DNA of 64,000 nucleotides. Origin: Marsupella aquatica (taxonomy: Eukaryota; Plantae; Marchantiophyta). The stretch covers positions 11,059,187-11,123,186 of the forward strand of contig OZ316898.1 in NCBI GenBank assembly GCA_973895155.1. Direction: 5' to 3'. Shown piece after piece: positions 49,900 to 63,041 of this stretch. The translations under genes and the position numbers were made by a program. Position 1 is the stretch's first letter, and each line of letters starts with the position of its first letter. The notes beneath the pieces are model-generated. The model saw nothing but the letters and a program-made list of their open reading frames with translations, was not told the DNA's origin and searched no databases.

Positions 49900-51958
49900 T
49901 ATAGCTTCAAACTAAACCCTTCAGAACAACTTGCTAGAAGGGCACTGAACAAACCCACTTCAAAAGGGCAAGTTAAAGATGGACCGCATTCATCCTCCTC
50001 CTCCATAAAAGGTGTTGACTGGTTTATATCTACAATGTCATCACTATGGTTCTCATCGCCTAAATTGACTATGTCTTCTTCGTCCTGGTTACAAAATTCT
50101 GTTGTATCCTCCTGTCCACCTGCAAGGTTGTCTTTCCTAACCTGGCAAGTTTGCTTGTCATGGCCCCTTTGCTTGCAGAAACCCAGGTCCTGGGCAACCG
50201 GACTCGATCCATCCTCCTCTGGAATCTGAGCCTTGGTTTCTTAGTGGGACGGCCTCGAATCCGTTTATTCTAAGGTGGACCACACCATGAATCCGGCTGC
50301 AAATCATCTTTCAAGAATGCTACCACTATATGTCTGTCTAAATGACTCCACAGAATCCTGCACATAATAGAATGGAGAAACAAAATTGTAGTGGCAAAGA
50401 TGTAATCAAGTAATAGCTCTCCATGCATGAATGTAGGGAATACCGACATTCTACCAATCACCACAAGAACATTCCTTCAATGGCTGCAAACTCACCAGGA
50501 AGTGCTTGCCAATCAAATCGGTAATATTGACTTTAGTTGGGCTGGATGGATTCTGCAACAAGTTGAAGAGCTTCCTCATGTTGGTCCCTTAATATTGCCA
50601 TGATGTTGGGAGGAAAGAGTGTAGTTAAGGACTCTACAAGCACCCTCTTCTTGTAGTAGTGCTTCATCATGTAATCCCAAATCAGTTTCGATTGTTTGAA
50701 TGCAACTTCATGGTGTTCAGCCTTCGGTGCTTGATTAGTGCTCTCTGCTTGTTGGGATGTCTCATGGCCCCACTTGATAAGCACAATGAAGCTGCAGCTT
50801 AGGAGATGAAGAGAAAACAAATTTTGGCGCGCAATAACTTCACCACACAAAAAAAATATAGCAGCAATGGTATGGTGTATCACCTGGGGTACGGCATGAA
50901 AGCTCTTGAATAATGAGATGGATCAGCAGTTCTCACAATGTAATCAATGCTGATGGGTACTCATTCTCAATGAGGTCGCAAGTACTGGTCTTCATTAGTA
51001 GCATATACCAGCCCATCGAAAGCCTTCCGTGCTGCCTTGTTTGAATGAGCTTGTACATTTTTTCCCATGTGCCAAGTGCAAAAAGCATGGAAGGCCAATG
51101 GAAAAACCTCTTCCACAACATTTTGCAGTCCATTTTCTCTATCTAAAATAGAATCTGTACCACTACGAGATAACTCTGGGATTGCATCATGCAAAGCCTT
51201 CAAAAATCTCATCCAGAACTCTTCATTCTTTGACGGAACCATGGAGTATGCCAAATCATAACAATGTTGTTAGCATCCAACACAGTGGCTACCAATAACA
51301 TCTGGGGATATGCAGATTTTGTGTGTGTGCCGTCCACTGCAATGAGTGGCCTGCAATGTGGATAAGCCTTTTGAGAAGCATTAGAATACACAAATAAAGT
51401 TTGAAAGGATCCATCAGGTGCGCTGTAGTTTGCCACAACACCTGGATCTCTTTGTAAAATGTGATGACAATGACTAGGAATGAGATGGAAAGACTCCTTC
51501 TCATCACCGTCTAGGCGTACAAGAGCCCTTTTCTTGGCTGAATGTGCTATGTGATATTTAACATCTGGATGCCAAATAGCTTGGGCAGTGTCTCTCAAAG
51601 AACAAGCTCTGATTTGTCTATTTTTGATTATGATGTAAAAAATCAGTGTAGCCAGGTAGTCAAAAGAATTATGCATTCGCGTGGTATAATGGTCTGTTGC
51701 ACAACAACTGTGGTGATCATTGAGCTGTGTGACGGTAATGGTTTCCGTCCTGGAGCTCATAATGACTCGAATACACCACAAACATTTTTGGACAGGGTTT
51801 TCATGCCACCACATTTTGCATTTTCCAATAAAATGTAAAATGTTATTTTTGTATGTTGTGATTACCCGCTCAGTTGCCACCCCGTGTCTGACAATTGCCC
51901 TCTTGACATCTTTCCAACTCTCAAACGTGTCACGTTTCTTCAAACAAGCTTGAACCAT
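49900..51958 (-). pseudogene. Decayed Mutator-like (MULE) transposase
   Basis: MuDR-type N-terminus, RPLIAVDGTH...LLVATVLDANN, D-RENGL...FP...HAFCTWH, a degenerate SWIM finger (CSCG...IP..H near 50430-50470) and a zinc knuckle (CKQRGHDKQTC near 50145-50180). Multiple frameshifts and stops; no TIRs found. Confidence 0.85.
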
Positions 51959-52882
51959 GGCTCCAATTATTCATGCACACCTTAAACGAGCTTAAACTCT
52001 GCATACAAATACAGACAGAAAGGTGATCATGTCTCACAAGTGATTGAGGCCATAATAATAGAAGCCGAACACCATTTCAGAATGGAATAGAAAGCCCAAT
52101 TTTGAATTGGTTTTGTACAATTCAAAAGAGAGAAACAAATTATAGCATATATAGATGCCAAATAGATTGACAAAGTCTAGTTTGAAGGTTAACGTTCATT
52201 AAGCAGAAAATAAATTGCAGCTACAATAATGGCAATCATGTCGTGGTCGAGATGTCAATGGAATAATGAACTTTGCTTCAAAACACATTACAAGGCAGTC
52301 TCATAAATGTCTAGTACAAAAATGTACAAAGAGTGTCTCTCCTACTCGATCGATGGAGCCTCTCTGCTCTTTGGATTACAGTAAATTTGACAGTAAAGCC
52401 GCAAGTGATAATGTTGAAACCTACAAGCTTACTCTTTCAATGTAACCTACTCCTAAGGACTTCTCATTGAGGCATGTCTTTTGTAGATATGCAGCAGTCG
52501 ACAACATTGAAAATGAAATGTATTCCCACCTGAAAGTGATATGGTCGATTGAATTGTGGTCTGAGGATTATTGGTGCTGAGTTCTTCTAATCACTATGAT
52601 CGGCAGCAACGTCAACAGCTTGGGCTGGTCCTTCCACATTTGAATACACTGCTAAATATAGCGTTTAGCAGCACATGGGCGGAGCTATGTTTGTGCGCAA
52701 TGTAGCAAAGTAGTCGTTCTTCATTGCAGGGAAAAATCCAGCCACAAATGTGAGGAAGTCTCACTACATTGCGCAATTGCCAAGCAGCTCCAGGAAATAG
52801 TTGCAGCTTTGTCATGGTCCTCTGCGTAGCTTTCCAACTTAATAATTTGCTAAGTTCTGGCCAAAACGTTCAACATTTTGGC

Positions 52883-53227
52883 TGTTGAGTATCGACGACA
52901 ATCACAACGTCAAGCCCATGAACCATCCAACGCACAAGAGTCGACACAGAGAGATACGTGGTTCACCTCCACATGAGGCTACGTCCACGGGAACACACAA
53001 GAGCTTTACTGCACTCTAGGCCGATCGACCATACCAAGCATCCACAGCACAAGCTCTCTCTATCTCTCAACTAGCTCGGTAAGAATGAGCCTGAGTTCCA
53101 CCTCTCCAAGCAAACACCGCTTGGTTATAGAGTGTGCACAACATGACTAACCTAACCAAGTCTACAACTAAGGTTAGCCTTAACTACGGTACAGTCGTAA
53201 CTCTAGACCTAAGAGTAAATCCTAACA
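52883..53227 (-). repeat. copia 3' LTR
   Basis: TGTTGAGTATCGACG...AAATCCTAACA; about 8 substitutions versus the other LTR by eye. Confidence 0.93.
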
Positions 53228-53441
53228 ATCTCCCCCTTGACTCTGGTCTAGGGAGGGTAAAGACTGCAACCTATATGATTGCTCAGCGGGAAGTTCTGGA
53301 AAGAAAAACCAAACCGGTTTTTCCCTCTTTATACGAGAGTAGACCAGAACTAAGCCGTAGCCTATACAAGGAATGAGCAAGAGCATATCTCAGTATCTAC
53401 ACAAATGTTAAGTAACCCTACTTGTGAGGCAATTGCAAAAC

Positions 53442-54380
53442 CTACAACGCATCACGATGTCTAGAAAAACTCTCCAAAGGAATCACTTTGGTAAAAGCGT
53501 CAGCTGGGTTGAGTTTACCGTCAATCTTGACTAGCTCAAACTGATTATCAGACACAGTCTGCCTGATAAAATGGTACTTGACATCGATGTGCTTCACTCT
53601 ACTGTCCATTACCTGGTTTACAGCAAGATGGAGCGCACTCTGACTATCACAATGGAGCTTCACATTCCCCTGTGGCAATCCCATCTCAGTGATAAGTCTA
53701 TCCAACCAAATCGCTTCCTTTGCTGCTTCCGCTGCTGCAACATACTCCGCTTCTGTAGTAGATTGAGCAATACACTTCTGCAGAGTAGACCTCCAACTTA
53801 TGCATCCACCTCCTAATGTGAACACATAACCTGTTGTTGACCTCCTCCGATCCAGATCCTGTGCATAGTCAACATCTACATAGCCCATCAATGATCTAGC
53901 ATTATCAGCATGTGCATCAAACAATAGACCATGATCCATGGTACCTTTCAAGTACCGAATAATCCACTTCACTGCTTCCCAGTGTACCTTCCCTGGATTC
54001 GACATGTACTTGCTCACCTTGCCCATAGCCATGGCAAGATCAGGTCCAGTGCAAGTCATCAAATACATGAGACTCCCCATTGCCTTGTCATAAGGAACCT
54101 TTGACATCAGCCCCTTCTCTATCTCATCCGTATGACAAAATGCTGATGACAACTTGAAGTGTGGAGCCAACGGGGTACTTACTGGCTTGCTATCCACCAT
54201 GTTGAACCTTGCAATTACCTTCCTCGCATAACTGCTCTGCGTCAACCATAGCTTACCAGCCTCCAAGTCCCTAGTGATCTCCATACCCAAAATCATCTTA
54301 GCTGGCCCTAAGTCCTTCATCTTAAACTCTGCACTTAGCAGTGCCTTGAGCTTAACAATCTCAGACCTATCCTTGGCCGC
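53442..54380 (-). pseudogene. copia RT C-terminus plus RNase H remnant
   Basis: FKMKDLGPAKMILGMEI, VPYDKAMGSLMY, GYVDVDYAQDLDRRRSTTGY, STTEAEY, CDSQSAL, KHIDVKYHF, NPADAFTK. The gag, protease, integrase and RT YVDD regions are absent. Confidence 0.9.
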
Positions 54381-55303
54381 AATAAAGTTATACAAATTTT
54401 GGTCGCCCTTGAAATGAGGCTCCCTCGGGTCGCCCTTGGGGCGAGGCTCCCTCCAGTCACCCTTTGAAACCCTGTTGCTGCAAAAATCCCGTCGCAATTC
54501 CCGGACAAAGTTACTATTCACTAACTTTGTTGTTTTCCTTGTGCCCTAGGTCGTCGCCGCACCTCACCTCTCCGCGGCGCGTTACGTTGCCGTAGGAAAC
54601 ACAATTTGCCAACATCCAACGTTGCTTGCTGCCGCCAATTCCACGAGTAAAAACAATGACCGCCGATGGGGAAATGTTGCCAAATTGCGCCGACACAATT
54701 TGCGAGCTCAGTAGAGAAAAAATCTTCCATCGTGTCACACTCACTCCGCGTCAAGTGCCAATCCCGGATCCAAAATGACCGTCTTGTTGCGATCAAAACA
54801 TTGAGCCATAGCGCTTCGCGTTTCTTCCTCCGAGTTGGACGTGACAACGAGTAACCCGGTTCAGATGAGAACAAGCTCCATAGCCTGTGAAATTTTTTTT
54901 TTGAACGTCTCCTTCACTCGTCACGACGCACTCGGTAACCACTCGACTGCAACTCAGCTACCGAAACAAACAGCTCGCTTTAACCTCCAACATGAGCTAT
55001 AACATGCAACGCCTCCCGCACCACACAACTCAAACTGTTGAACAAATGATCTCTGGTCTCTCCCCCAAAATACCGTCGAACACGAAAAAACTCCAGATTG
55101 ACGCAAACTTCGATTCCTCCGCACCACGGATTCCGATCAGCGAGTTCTAACCACCGTTAGAAAGCCCTCTCACTAATATATCCGTTCAGCCACACACATT
55201 CGAGTTTCATGCGATGAAACTCCGAATGGAACACCAACAATGAACGCTGGAAAACCGTCACGAAAAAGACCTCGTCACCTCCCAAGCATGCTCTGATACC
55301 AAT

Positions 55304-55648
55304 TGTTGAGTATCGACGACAATCGCAACGGCAAGCCCATGAACCATCCAACGCACAAGAGTCGACACAGAGAGATACGTGGTTCACCTCCACATGAGGC
55401 TACGTCCACGGGAACACACAAGAGCTTTACTGCACTCTAGGCCGACCGGCCATACCAAACATCCACAGCACAAGCTCTCTCTATCTCTCAACTAGCTCGG
55501 TAAGAATGAGCCTGAGTTCCACCTCTCCAAGCAAACACCGCTTGGTTATAGAGTGTGCACAACATGACTAACCTAACCAAGTCTGCAACTTAGGTTAGCC
55601 TTAACTACGGTATAGTCGTAACTCTAGACCTAAGAGTAAATCCTAACA
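55304..55648 (-). repeat. copia 5' LTR
   Basis: Near-identical copy of 52883-53227, adjacent to the PBS. Confidence 0.93.
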
Positions 55649-55896
55649 CTGGCTGGCATTCAGAAGGCTTCTAGGGTGTTAGTTTCACATTGTGACGCGG
55701 GCCAAGGATGCGGGACCCTTTCAAACTATGGATGAACAAAATTGGGACACTTGCGATCATTGAGCGCGCAGTCCAGGGGGAGAGTTGAGTGAAAGAGTTG
55801 ACGGAAACTGAACCCTTACCAACTGGATGGAGTTTTTACCCAACAAGCATGAGACACGTCAAGCTCAGGTTAACCCATGTAAACCCAAGTAACCAC

Positions 55897-55985
55897 ATAC
55901 AAAAACCATGCAGTATTAATTTTTGTAGAAACCGTGGCAGTATTGTAATAAGTCACATCTTTAGTGGCATTGTAGTTAAAAGCTG
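55897..55985 (-). repeat. Dispersed ~90-bp repeat, copy 2 (inverted relative to 24742-24833)
   Basis: The reverse complement aligns closely to 24742-24833. Confidence 0.8.
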
Positions 55986-57479
55986 TTTCAACAATATATA
56001 TTTTCAAGTCAATATTGCATTTGAGCAAGCTGCCAAACTGATTCACAATAATACCGTATGACCGGATGTCCACCAATGAAGGTGACTACTTTGATGAGAT
56101 TACATCTTTTATAAAGTGGTAAAATATATGTGGTATTTAGGTCCTCGGGATGGGGAGGCCTAAGCTTTGGTCTGGCAGGGAATTGTGCCAGCTTTTCCTT
56201 CTTGTGGCCCCAATGGGCGACAGGCAAAATGGCGGAGGTGTTGGACTTGCCTAAAAGAATAGAAGCCAAGAATAGATCCGGAGTGGGTTGGTTGGTTGGT
56301 GGTTACTTCAATCTATTTTATGGGAAGTGCATGCAATCCTTTCCCAATTTAAATATCCATACCTTTAAAGAGAATACTTCAATATTCTGGTGATCGGTTT
56401 TATATGAAGTATTTATATTTAAGTTACCAGTGTTGTATACTATAGAATATTATCTATTTTATGTTTGCAGCACCTTTTCTAGATCATATGCATGATAGAT
56501 TTTGTCCAAACAATCTTAAAAATAGTTACTGTGTTCTTACTATGTCCTGCCCCCCATCCCTTTTTCCCAGGGAGCTCACTTTCGTTCCTTTTAAATAAAT
56601 TGTCAATGTTGCAGGATGTTGGGTTGGGCGAGATTGGGTCTCCACCATCAAGAGGTGGATATGGCCCCATTGTTGCAGCCTGTCCGGTCCAACCATGCTC
56701 TATATATTGTAAATAAATTGGGATTGCTTGACCTAACCCGTAGCAGGCTTGGTTGCCTAGCCGCCTAGCCATCACTAAAACACCATTTCTGAAGATAGAG
56801 GGATGGGGCAAATAAGGCCCCCAAGGTTGATCCGTTTGCATTTTTCCAGAGCCAGATTTAAACAGCTTTGTTGTTGTGTGAGGCTCTGCCAGTCTGGCTG
56901 ACAAATGACATACAATTCCTTGGGAATAATAATCTTAGTTGGCTTTAAGTGGGCTCCCTTACTTTAGATCTCACGTACTTATGCCAGAAGGATAAGTTTC
57001 CCCCAAGTTATCTGCGCAGATATATTTTGATTCTTCATGGCTCTAGATCTTCTGACACTCTGTCAAAAGCCTTTGTTCTTTTTCTAGTGTTTGGTCAATA
57101 ACTCTCTCCCTCGTCTTTCATGTCTTTGGTAAAAGGGCACCTCTGCCCTCTTGATATCTTTGGCAACAGTGACCAATGTGTTGAGCCAGGTTTATATAAA
57201 GTGCCACTAAGTTTAGTCTCTCCATGGACAGCCGATAAAAAACCACGGACTCAGAAGTACGGAAGGGCCAACAACATGGAAGAGGGCCCCAAAATAAGTC
57301 CAGTCGTTAGTCCCTTCCTGTCAGCTTAATTTTATTTTGCCAGGGTGGCCGATGTTACCTTGTGATCACGGAGTAGATGCTATCAAAATTCCCCCTAGAT
57401 TTATTACACTTATCCTTAGATTTAGGGAGAATGTGAGACAGATGTAGCACAAGTTTGAGCCTTTTTGTACTGGCCAGTT

Positions 57480-58010
57480 GTCACCAAAATCTGCCTTCAG
57501 CCAAAACCTCTGCCAAAATGGATCATGTCCGTCCAGCTGATAACAAAGCGGAGTCAACAGTCTGCCTTCAGCCAAACCCTTTGCCAAAGTAGTTGCTGCC
57601 GATACATTGACAGCCAGCTGCTAACAAAGTGGAGTCACACAATCTACCTTCATCCAAAACCTTCGCCAAAATTGTTGCTGTACCCTTGTGTCTACCTTCA
57701 GCCAAAACCTCAGCGAAAATCGTTTGGGTCCCACGCAGCTCGTAATGAAGTGGAGTCGCCTCCGGCCACAAGCTCCGCCAAAATTGTTTGTATCTCTTTG
57801 TGGATAGCCAGCTGATAACACAGCCAAACCCTTCGCCAAAATGGTTCTTGTACATTCGTGGACCGCCAGCGGATAACTCAGCCAAACCCTTCGCCAAAAC
57901 AGTTCCTGTACAGCGTGGACAGGAAGCGGATAACTCGGCCAAACCCTTCGGCAAAAAGGTTCGTGTACCCTGGTCGACAGCCAGCTGAATAGCTGATAAC
58001 AAAGTGGGGT
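57480..58010. repeat. Degenerate array of GCCAAA(A)CC(C)TTCGCCAAAA and CAGCTGATAAC motifs
   Basis: About 8 units with recurring cagccaaacccttcgccaaaa and ccagctgataaca cores; probably a non-autonomous TE remnant. Confidence 0.65.
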
Positions 58011-58199
58011 CACACAAGGTAAGTTGAGCCAGGACTGGGTTTCACCAACAGGCTGCTTCTGGCGCTTGGTCTCGCCGTGCCTGGTAAGCGTGCGGCGTGT
58101 CAACTTGACGAAGAGCGATATACATCATTCAAAGTACAGCTCATCACCACTACAGGCTAGGACTGTACGTGGCTCCCGCTAATGCTACCATTCTTGTCT

Positions 58200-58349
58200 C
58201 TTAGCGGCAGCTGCGGCCCAAGTTTAGCGGTAGCCTTTGAGTCACTACTACTGTACTCTGTCGCTTAGCAGCAGCCAAGTTTAGCGGTCGCCTATGAGTA
58301 ACTACTCTGATGCTTAGCAGCAGCCAAGTTTAGGGGTCGCCCATGAGTA
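58200..58349. repeat. Three-unit degenerate tandem repeat
   Basis: TTAGC(A/G)GCAGC..CCAAGTTTAG(C/G)GGT(A/C)GCC..TGAGT occurs three times. Confidence 0.7.
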
Positions 58350-59377
58350 GGAGTGGACGGCCGGAATCGGTAGTCGTCATCCTACTACTACCATGGCTCT
58401 CGCTCGTTCTGGCTGGCTGCCCGTGTCGGTCCGGCCAATCTTGTTGGTTGCGGAGGTGAGACTGGAGAGAGCCATGACGAGGAGTCGAGGTGATGAGAGA
58501 GGCTCAATTGTTTGATTGAGGGTTTTGTTCGTTCCGCGGAGCTCTTTTGCGGAATAGGTTTTGTTTAATTGGGGGTTTTTGTTCTCTCCCCCGACCACTT
58601 TTGTTGAGTAGCGGAGGAAGAAGAGCGAGCAAGCAAGCGAGGAGGGAGGGAGAGAGGGGAGGCACGAAGAAACGGTAGAAGAAGGCAAAAGAAAGCTACA
58701 GGAGTAGCGGGCGGGGACGGAGTGACGCCAGCAAGAGAGGGTCTGAGGGTGAGAGAAGAGAGGCCATGAAGTAGGGGAGGGGGAGGAAGACGGGAGAGAG
58801 AGAGAGAGAGATTATCGGTGCTTCGAAGTTCATCGAAGCTGTGAGGGCAACTGCAAAACACAGGCAGGCAGCAGGCAGGCAGGCAGGCAGGCCACCGCCT
58901 CGGGAGCTGTCTTCTCTTGGAAGTCAAGTTGGGCGACAGACAGATAGACAGACGGAGGGGAGGACGAAACGGGGATTACTAGAGTGGACTGGTGCTCTGG
59001 GTTATAGGGAGAGGAGCAGGAGCTCAGCAGCGTGGAGTGGAATTCCCGGCAGATCTGCTGAGGGACACGACGGACGGAGGAGGAAGGGAGGGAGGGAGGA
59101 GGGGGCAGAGGCGAGGAGGAGGCGAGGTGGAGGCGGAGGCGATGGATGGAGACTGACCCGTCTTTGACCACTCGGGGCGAAGAAGTGTGCTATACGGATT
59201 GGGTCGAGCAACTTGCTACGAGACGTTCAGGGGCAGGAGGAGAAGAGAGGGGATTATGATGGTGAAGCAGTAAAGCGAAGAAAGAGATCACCGGATTGAG
59301 TGAGAAGGCGAGGAGAAGGAGAAGGCCCAGTCCTAGAGGAGTTCCTTCGTGGCCTGTTAAAGAGAACAGGGCGGTGC

Positions 59378-61826
59378 ATGGTTCCTGGACTTCACAATAT
59401 GGAAAGATATGAACTCGTTCGGGATATTGGGTCGGGTAATTTTGGAGTAGCTCGCCTGATGCGCGACAAGACGACGCGGGAGCTGGTGGCCGTCAAGTAC
59501 ATCGAGCGCGGCGAAAAGGTGGGGATTGGTTTAGGTAGAAGGTTCATCTTTCATGCATACATGCAAGAGGAGAGGTGAGCTGAGATAGAAGCGATACCTG
59601 CTTGTGGCTCGCATGCACGCATGTACGTGCGTGTGTGCTTACTCGGTCGGCTGTTACCCCTCTTCAGTTTAATGGACACTGCTGTTGTGTTTTGAACTTT
59701 GGCAGATTGACGAGAATGTGACGAGGGAGATCATAAACCACCGCTCATTGCGGCATCCCAACATCGTCCGTTTTAAAGAGGTAAAGCTTTCGATTAGTCT
59801 ACAGCGAATGTGCCTCTTTTGCTCTTTCGGCGGGTCTTAGGTTGCGATCCCGTACTTGCTTGGTTTCGGACTCCAAGCAAGTTGATCTGATGGTGGAGTC
59901 CATGTCTTTGGTGGCGGATGAACTTACTAAACCCGCCGCCCGACCTCGTCCAATTGCAGGTGATGGTGACGCCCACCCATTTGGCTATAGTCATGGAGTA
60001 CGCAGCGGGTGGTGAGCTGTTCGAACGTATTTGTAATGCCGGTCGCTTTAGCGAAGACGAGGTTCGCTCGACGGCTCACCTTTTATACTTTACTCCCTTC
60101 TACTCTTCCTTCCGTAGTGCTTGGTTTTCTCGGTAGCGACGAGGTATTGTTTCTCGAGTGCTGATGTTTCCTTCCTGCCTTTCGTCCTCAGGCAAGATTT
60201 TTCTTCCAGCAGCTTATATCTGGAGTCAGCTACTGCCACTCAATGGTAAAGTCCTCGCTTCTATCCTACGCCTGTTGTTTAGATGTGTTTGGAATGGAAG
60301 AAATATTTGTTTTCAAAGCATGAAGGATGGAGGTTCATCTTACACTGATGACAGAATAACTGACTGAATTGTGTGGCTTCCTCGTTTTAACAGCAAATTT
60401 GCCATCGAGATCTCAAGTTGGAGAATACGCTGTTGGACGGTAGTCCTGCTCCTCGCCTGAAGATTTGCGATTTTGGTTATTCCAAGGTGCTGCTACTGCG
60501 ATTCTTTCACATGCAGTAAATTTAACTTAGATGGCCAGCTTGTTCAGCATGGGATCCGTTACTTTCAGATGTTGACTGGTTTCCTCACCTCCCACTGTCT
60601 GTCATCATGTCCGTGCGTAATGCTTTTGTATGTGCAAATTCCAGTCGTCTCTCCTGCATTCTCAGCCCAAGTCAACAGTGGGGACACCGGCGTACATCGC
60701 TCCGGAAGTTTTATCTAAGAAAGAGTACGACGGCAAGGTATGTCTCACTCCCCTTACTCGGAATACATGAGAATCGTTGTAATTCTCAAATGTCACATTT
60801 TGTTGCCCACTATGAACGTGCTTCAATCAATCCCATCATCAATGTGAGGATCCAAAAGTAGAACCCTATTTGGCAGTTCTCGAAGTTATGAATCGACTTT
60901 TATCCCTCAAATCTAGTAAGCAGCTATTAACATAGCTGGAAATGTGAAATTCAGATTGCGGATGTTTGGTCCTGTGGGGTAACGCTTTATGTTATGATGG
61001 TGGGGGCGTATCCCTTTGAAGACCCAGACGATCCAAGAAACTTTCGGAAGACCATCGGGGTACCATGTTCGACCAATGATTTTCTTGCTTTGTTTCTGTT
61101 CGTTGCAGTTTCTAGTTCGATTGTTTAGTTGTGTGCCTGTTGTGCAAGTCAGAGCAAGGAAGTGCAATAGCATCATTGCTCTTTTCGGAATTGGGGGGAA
61201 TTGGGCTTGTCTTTTTACTTGTATCTTACTTGCTGTCTTTGAAAACATAATTGCAGCGTATTCTGAGTGTACAATACTCAATTCCAGACTATGTGCACAT
61301 GTCACCTGAGTGCCGCCATCTTCTCTCTCGAATTTTTGTTGCGAATCCGGCTAAGGTGGAGTATTGTTTATTAACTGCCGGCTTTGAACGTTTCAATCTG
61401 CTGGTGTGACATGCCTGTAGTTCATGGTAAATGGAATGCTACGCGGCGAGTATCTGAAGTCCCCTTCTAGAGTCTGGAATAACTGAAGATTACCTAACTT
61501 GTGGACTTGCTCGTGTTCTTGTTGGTATGTTCATGATTCAGAGAATCACCATTCCCGAAATAAAGAATCATGAATGGTTTTTAAGGAATTTGCCTGCGGA
61601 TTTAGTAGATGGCCCCAACCCCAGCTATGTATTTGAAGATCCAAATCACCCTCCTCAAAGCATAGAGGAGCTGATGCGAATTATCAATGAGTGCAAGACA
61701 GTCGGAGCAGGAGCTGGTAGGGGGGCTTTCCTTGGTGATGCTTTACTAGATGCCGATGATATGGATATGGAGAACGATGCCGATCCAGATGTTGACAGCA
61801 GTGGAGAGTTCGTGTGTCAAATGTAG
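59378..61826 (+). CDS. SnRK2: SnRK2 Ser/Thr kinase (OST1/subclass III-like with acidic ABA box), 9 exons, 348 aa
   Basis: Exons 59378-59518, 59706-59780, 59960-60061, 60192-60245, 60394-60486, 60645-60737, 60955-61059, 61257-61355, 61542-61826. Internal exon lengths 75/102/54/93/93/105/99 are typical of SnRK2 genes. Motifs: [49 protein letters not shown], and C-terminal [23 protein letters not shown]. Confidence 0.96.
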
Positions 61827-62918
61827 TGTCGCTGGCAAGGGTGGTTTCGGAGGAAGTATGATTTCCAAGGTGAGCCAGGTGTTGTCGAGCTATTCCCTTC
61901 TCAAGACAGCGGCCTTCTCTGCGGAATCAACGTATTCTTCGTTGTTGTCAGCTCATGTGTACAGAGAAATTGAGTGGCACTCAGTGGTCTGTAAACTAGA
62001 TTGTTGACCTACTGATCCACAGTGCCATCGGTGGTAGACTTTCAGTCTTTCATGCATCAGTACCAGGAGCTTTTAGTGTAAGGTTTTCACAAGGAGGTTG
62101 CAGGGTAATGGCTGCCACAGTTACTGTGCATCCTGGTATGCAAATCTAGCAGCTGTTGCTGCTATACATAAGATGGGCTTTCTGTCAGGGCTTCAAGAAC
62201 TCTGTAGAAGGTCAGACATATTGTCTGAGTTACGCCTCGTCCAGTGAGGATTTTGGGTTTTCTGACTCTCAACAGAGGGCAATGTCAAAGCTTGCCTTAG
62301 ATTGGACCTAGATTTCTGCAAGCATCTTGTATACGCAGTATCTTATGAAGAAATGATATAACGCAACCAAAGGGCTGTAGTTTCCATCAGTCCCTTCAGC
62401 ACTCTGTTGACTAGGGTTGTCAAAAAGTAGTGTCGGAGTGTTTTATTGGAACTTTGGCGCGATGGTTAATTGTGACTATGACACTTATTGTATTGCAATT
62501 GCTCAATTCCTGCATTGCTAGGAATGATGACCTATCTGTGTATGTATTACGCTATCTCACGCTCGTCACATTGTGTCGTCTCTCATGCCTTGTCCAGCGG
62601 AGGACGACATGTGCACATTTTGTTAAGATAGGATGTGTAATAGATTTGTTATCTGGTCTACTTCAGCATCATGCTCCACTATGTCGTCCACATGGTGAAA
62701 GTCATAGAGAATACGACACAATGCATGAGATTCCATTTCCGGGCTGTCCAGACAGGTGACACGTATCGACCAATGGGTGGCTCAAAATTCTGATCTCACA
62801 TGTAGGCCGCACGAAAATTGCACATCGTCGTCTACACTGTTCTCTCACCGTGGCAAACTACAGTACTAGGGTAAGAACAACTCAACATATTAAAGAGGGG
62901 AAGCTAACACAGTCAGGC

Positions 62919-63041
62919 GGTTTAAGGTCCGAGTCACTAATGCATGTAAGCCTTGGAAAGTGTGGCAGACACAAGAAGTGGGTTTAAGGTCCGAGTCACT
63001 AATGCATGTAAGCCTTGGAAAGTGTGGCAGACACAAGAAGT
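62919..63041. repeat. ~62-bp tandem duplication
   Basis: GGTTTAAGGTCCGAGTCACTAATGCATGTAAGCCTTGGAAAGTGTGGCAGACACAAGAAGT occurs twice. Confidence 0.9.

Larger units (their letters stand above)
52883..55648 (-). mobile_element. Internally deleted Ty1/copia LTR retrotransposon (2.77 kb)
   Basis: Two 345-bp TG...CA LTRs. tRNA-Met PBS (GCTCTGATACCA on +, 55290-55301) and PPT (CTCCCCCTT on +, from 53230). Flanks TTGGC/CTGGC give a 4/5 TSD match. Confidence 0.93.

Noticed and set aside
45536-55704. Shared 14-mer TGTGACGCGGGCCA at 45536 and 55691 as LTR starts
   Set aside because: Similarity stops after 14 bp, no TSD or matching LTR end was found, and the first copy lies inside the CACTA subterminal region.
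24761-55966. CACTAAAGATGTG ... CACATCTTTAGTG as termini of a 31-kb CACTA
   Set aside because: The inverted homology extends about 19 bp outside the CACTA pentamer, and the flanks (TGC/GCA) are not a direct TSD. The real termini are 27646 and 45889.
57366-59211. Several overlapping 70-160-aa ORFs upstream of SnRK2
   Set aside because: They arise from tandem repeats and GA/GC-rich leader sequence; there are no coding hallmarks.
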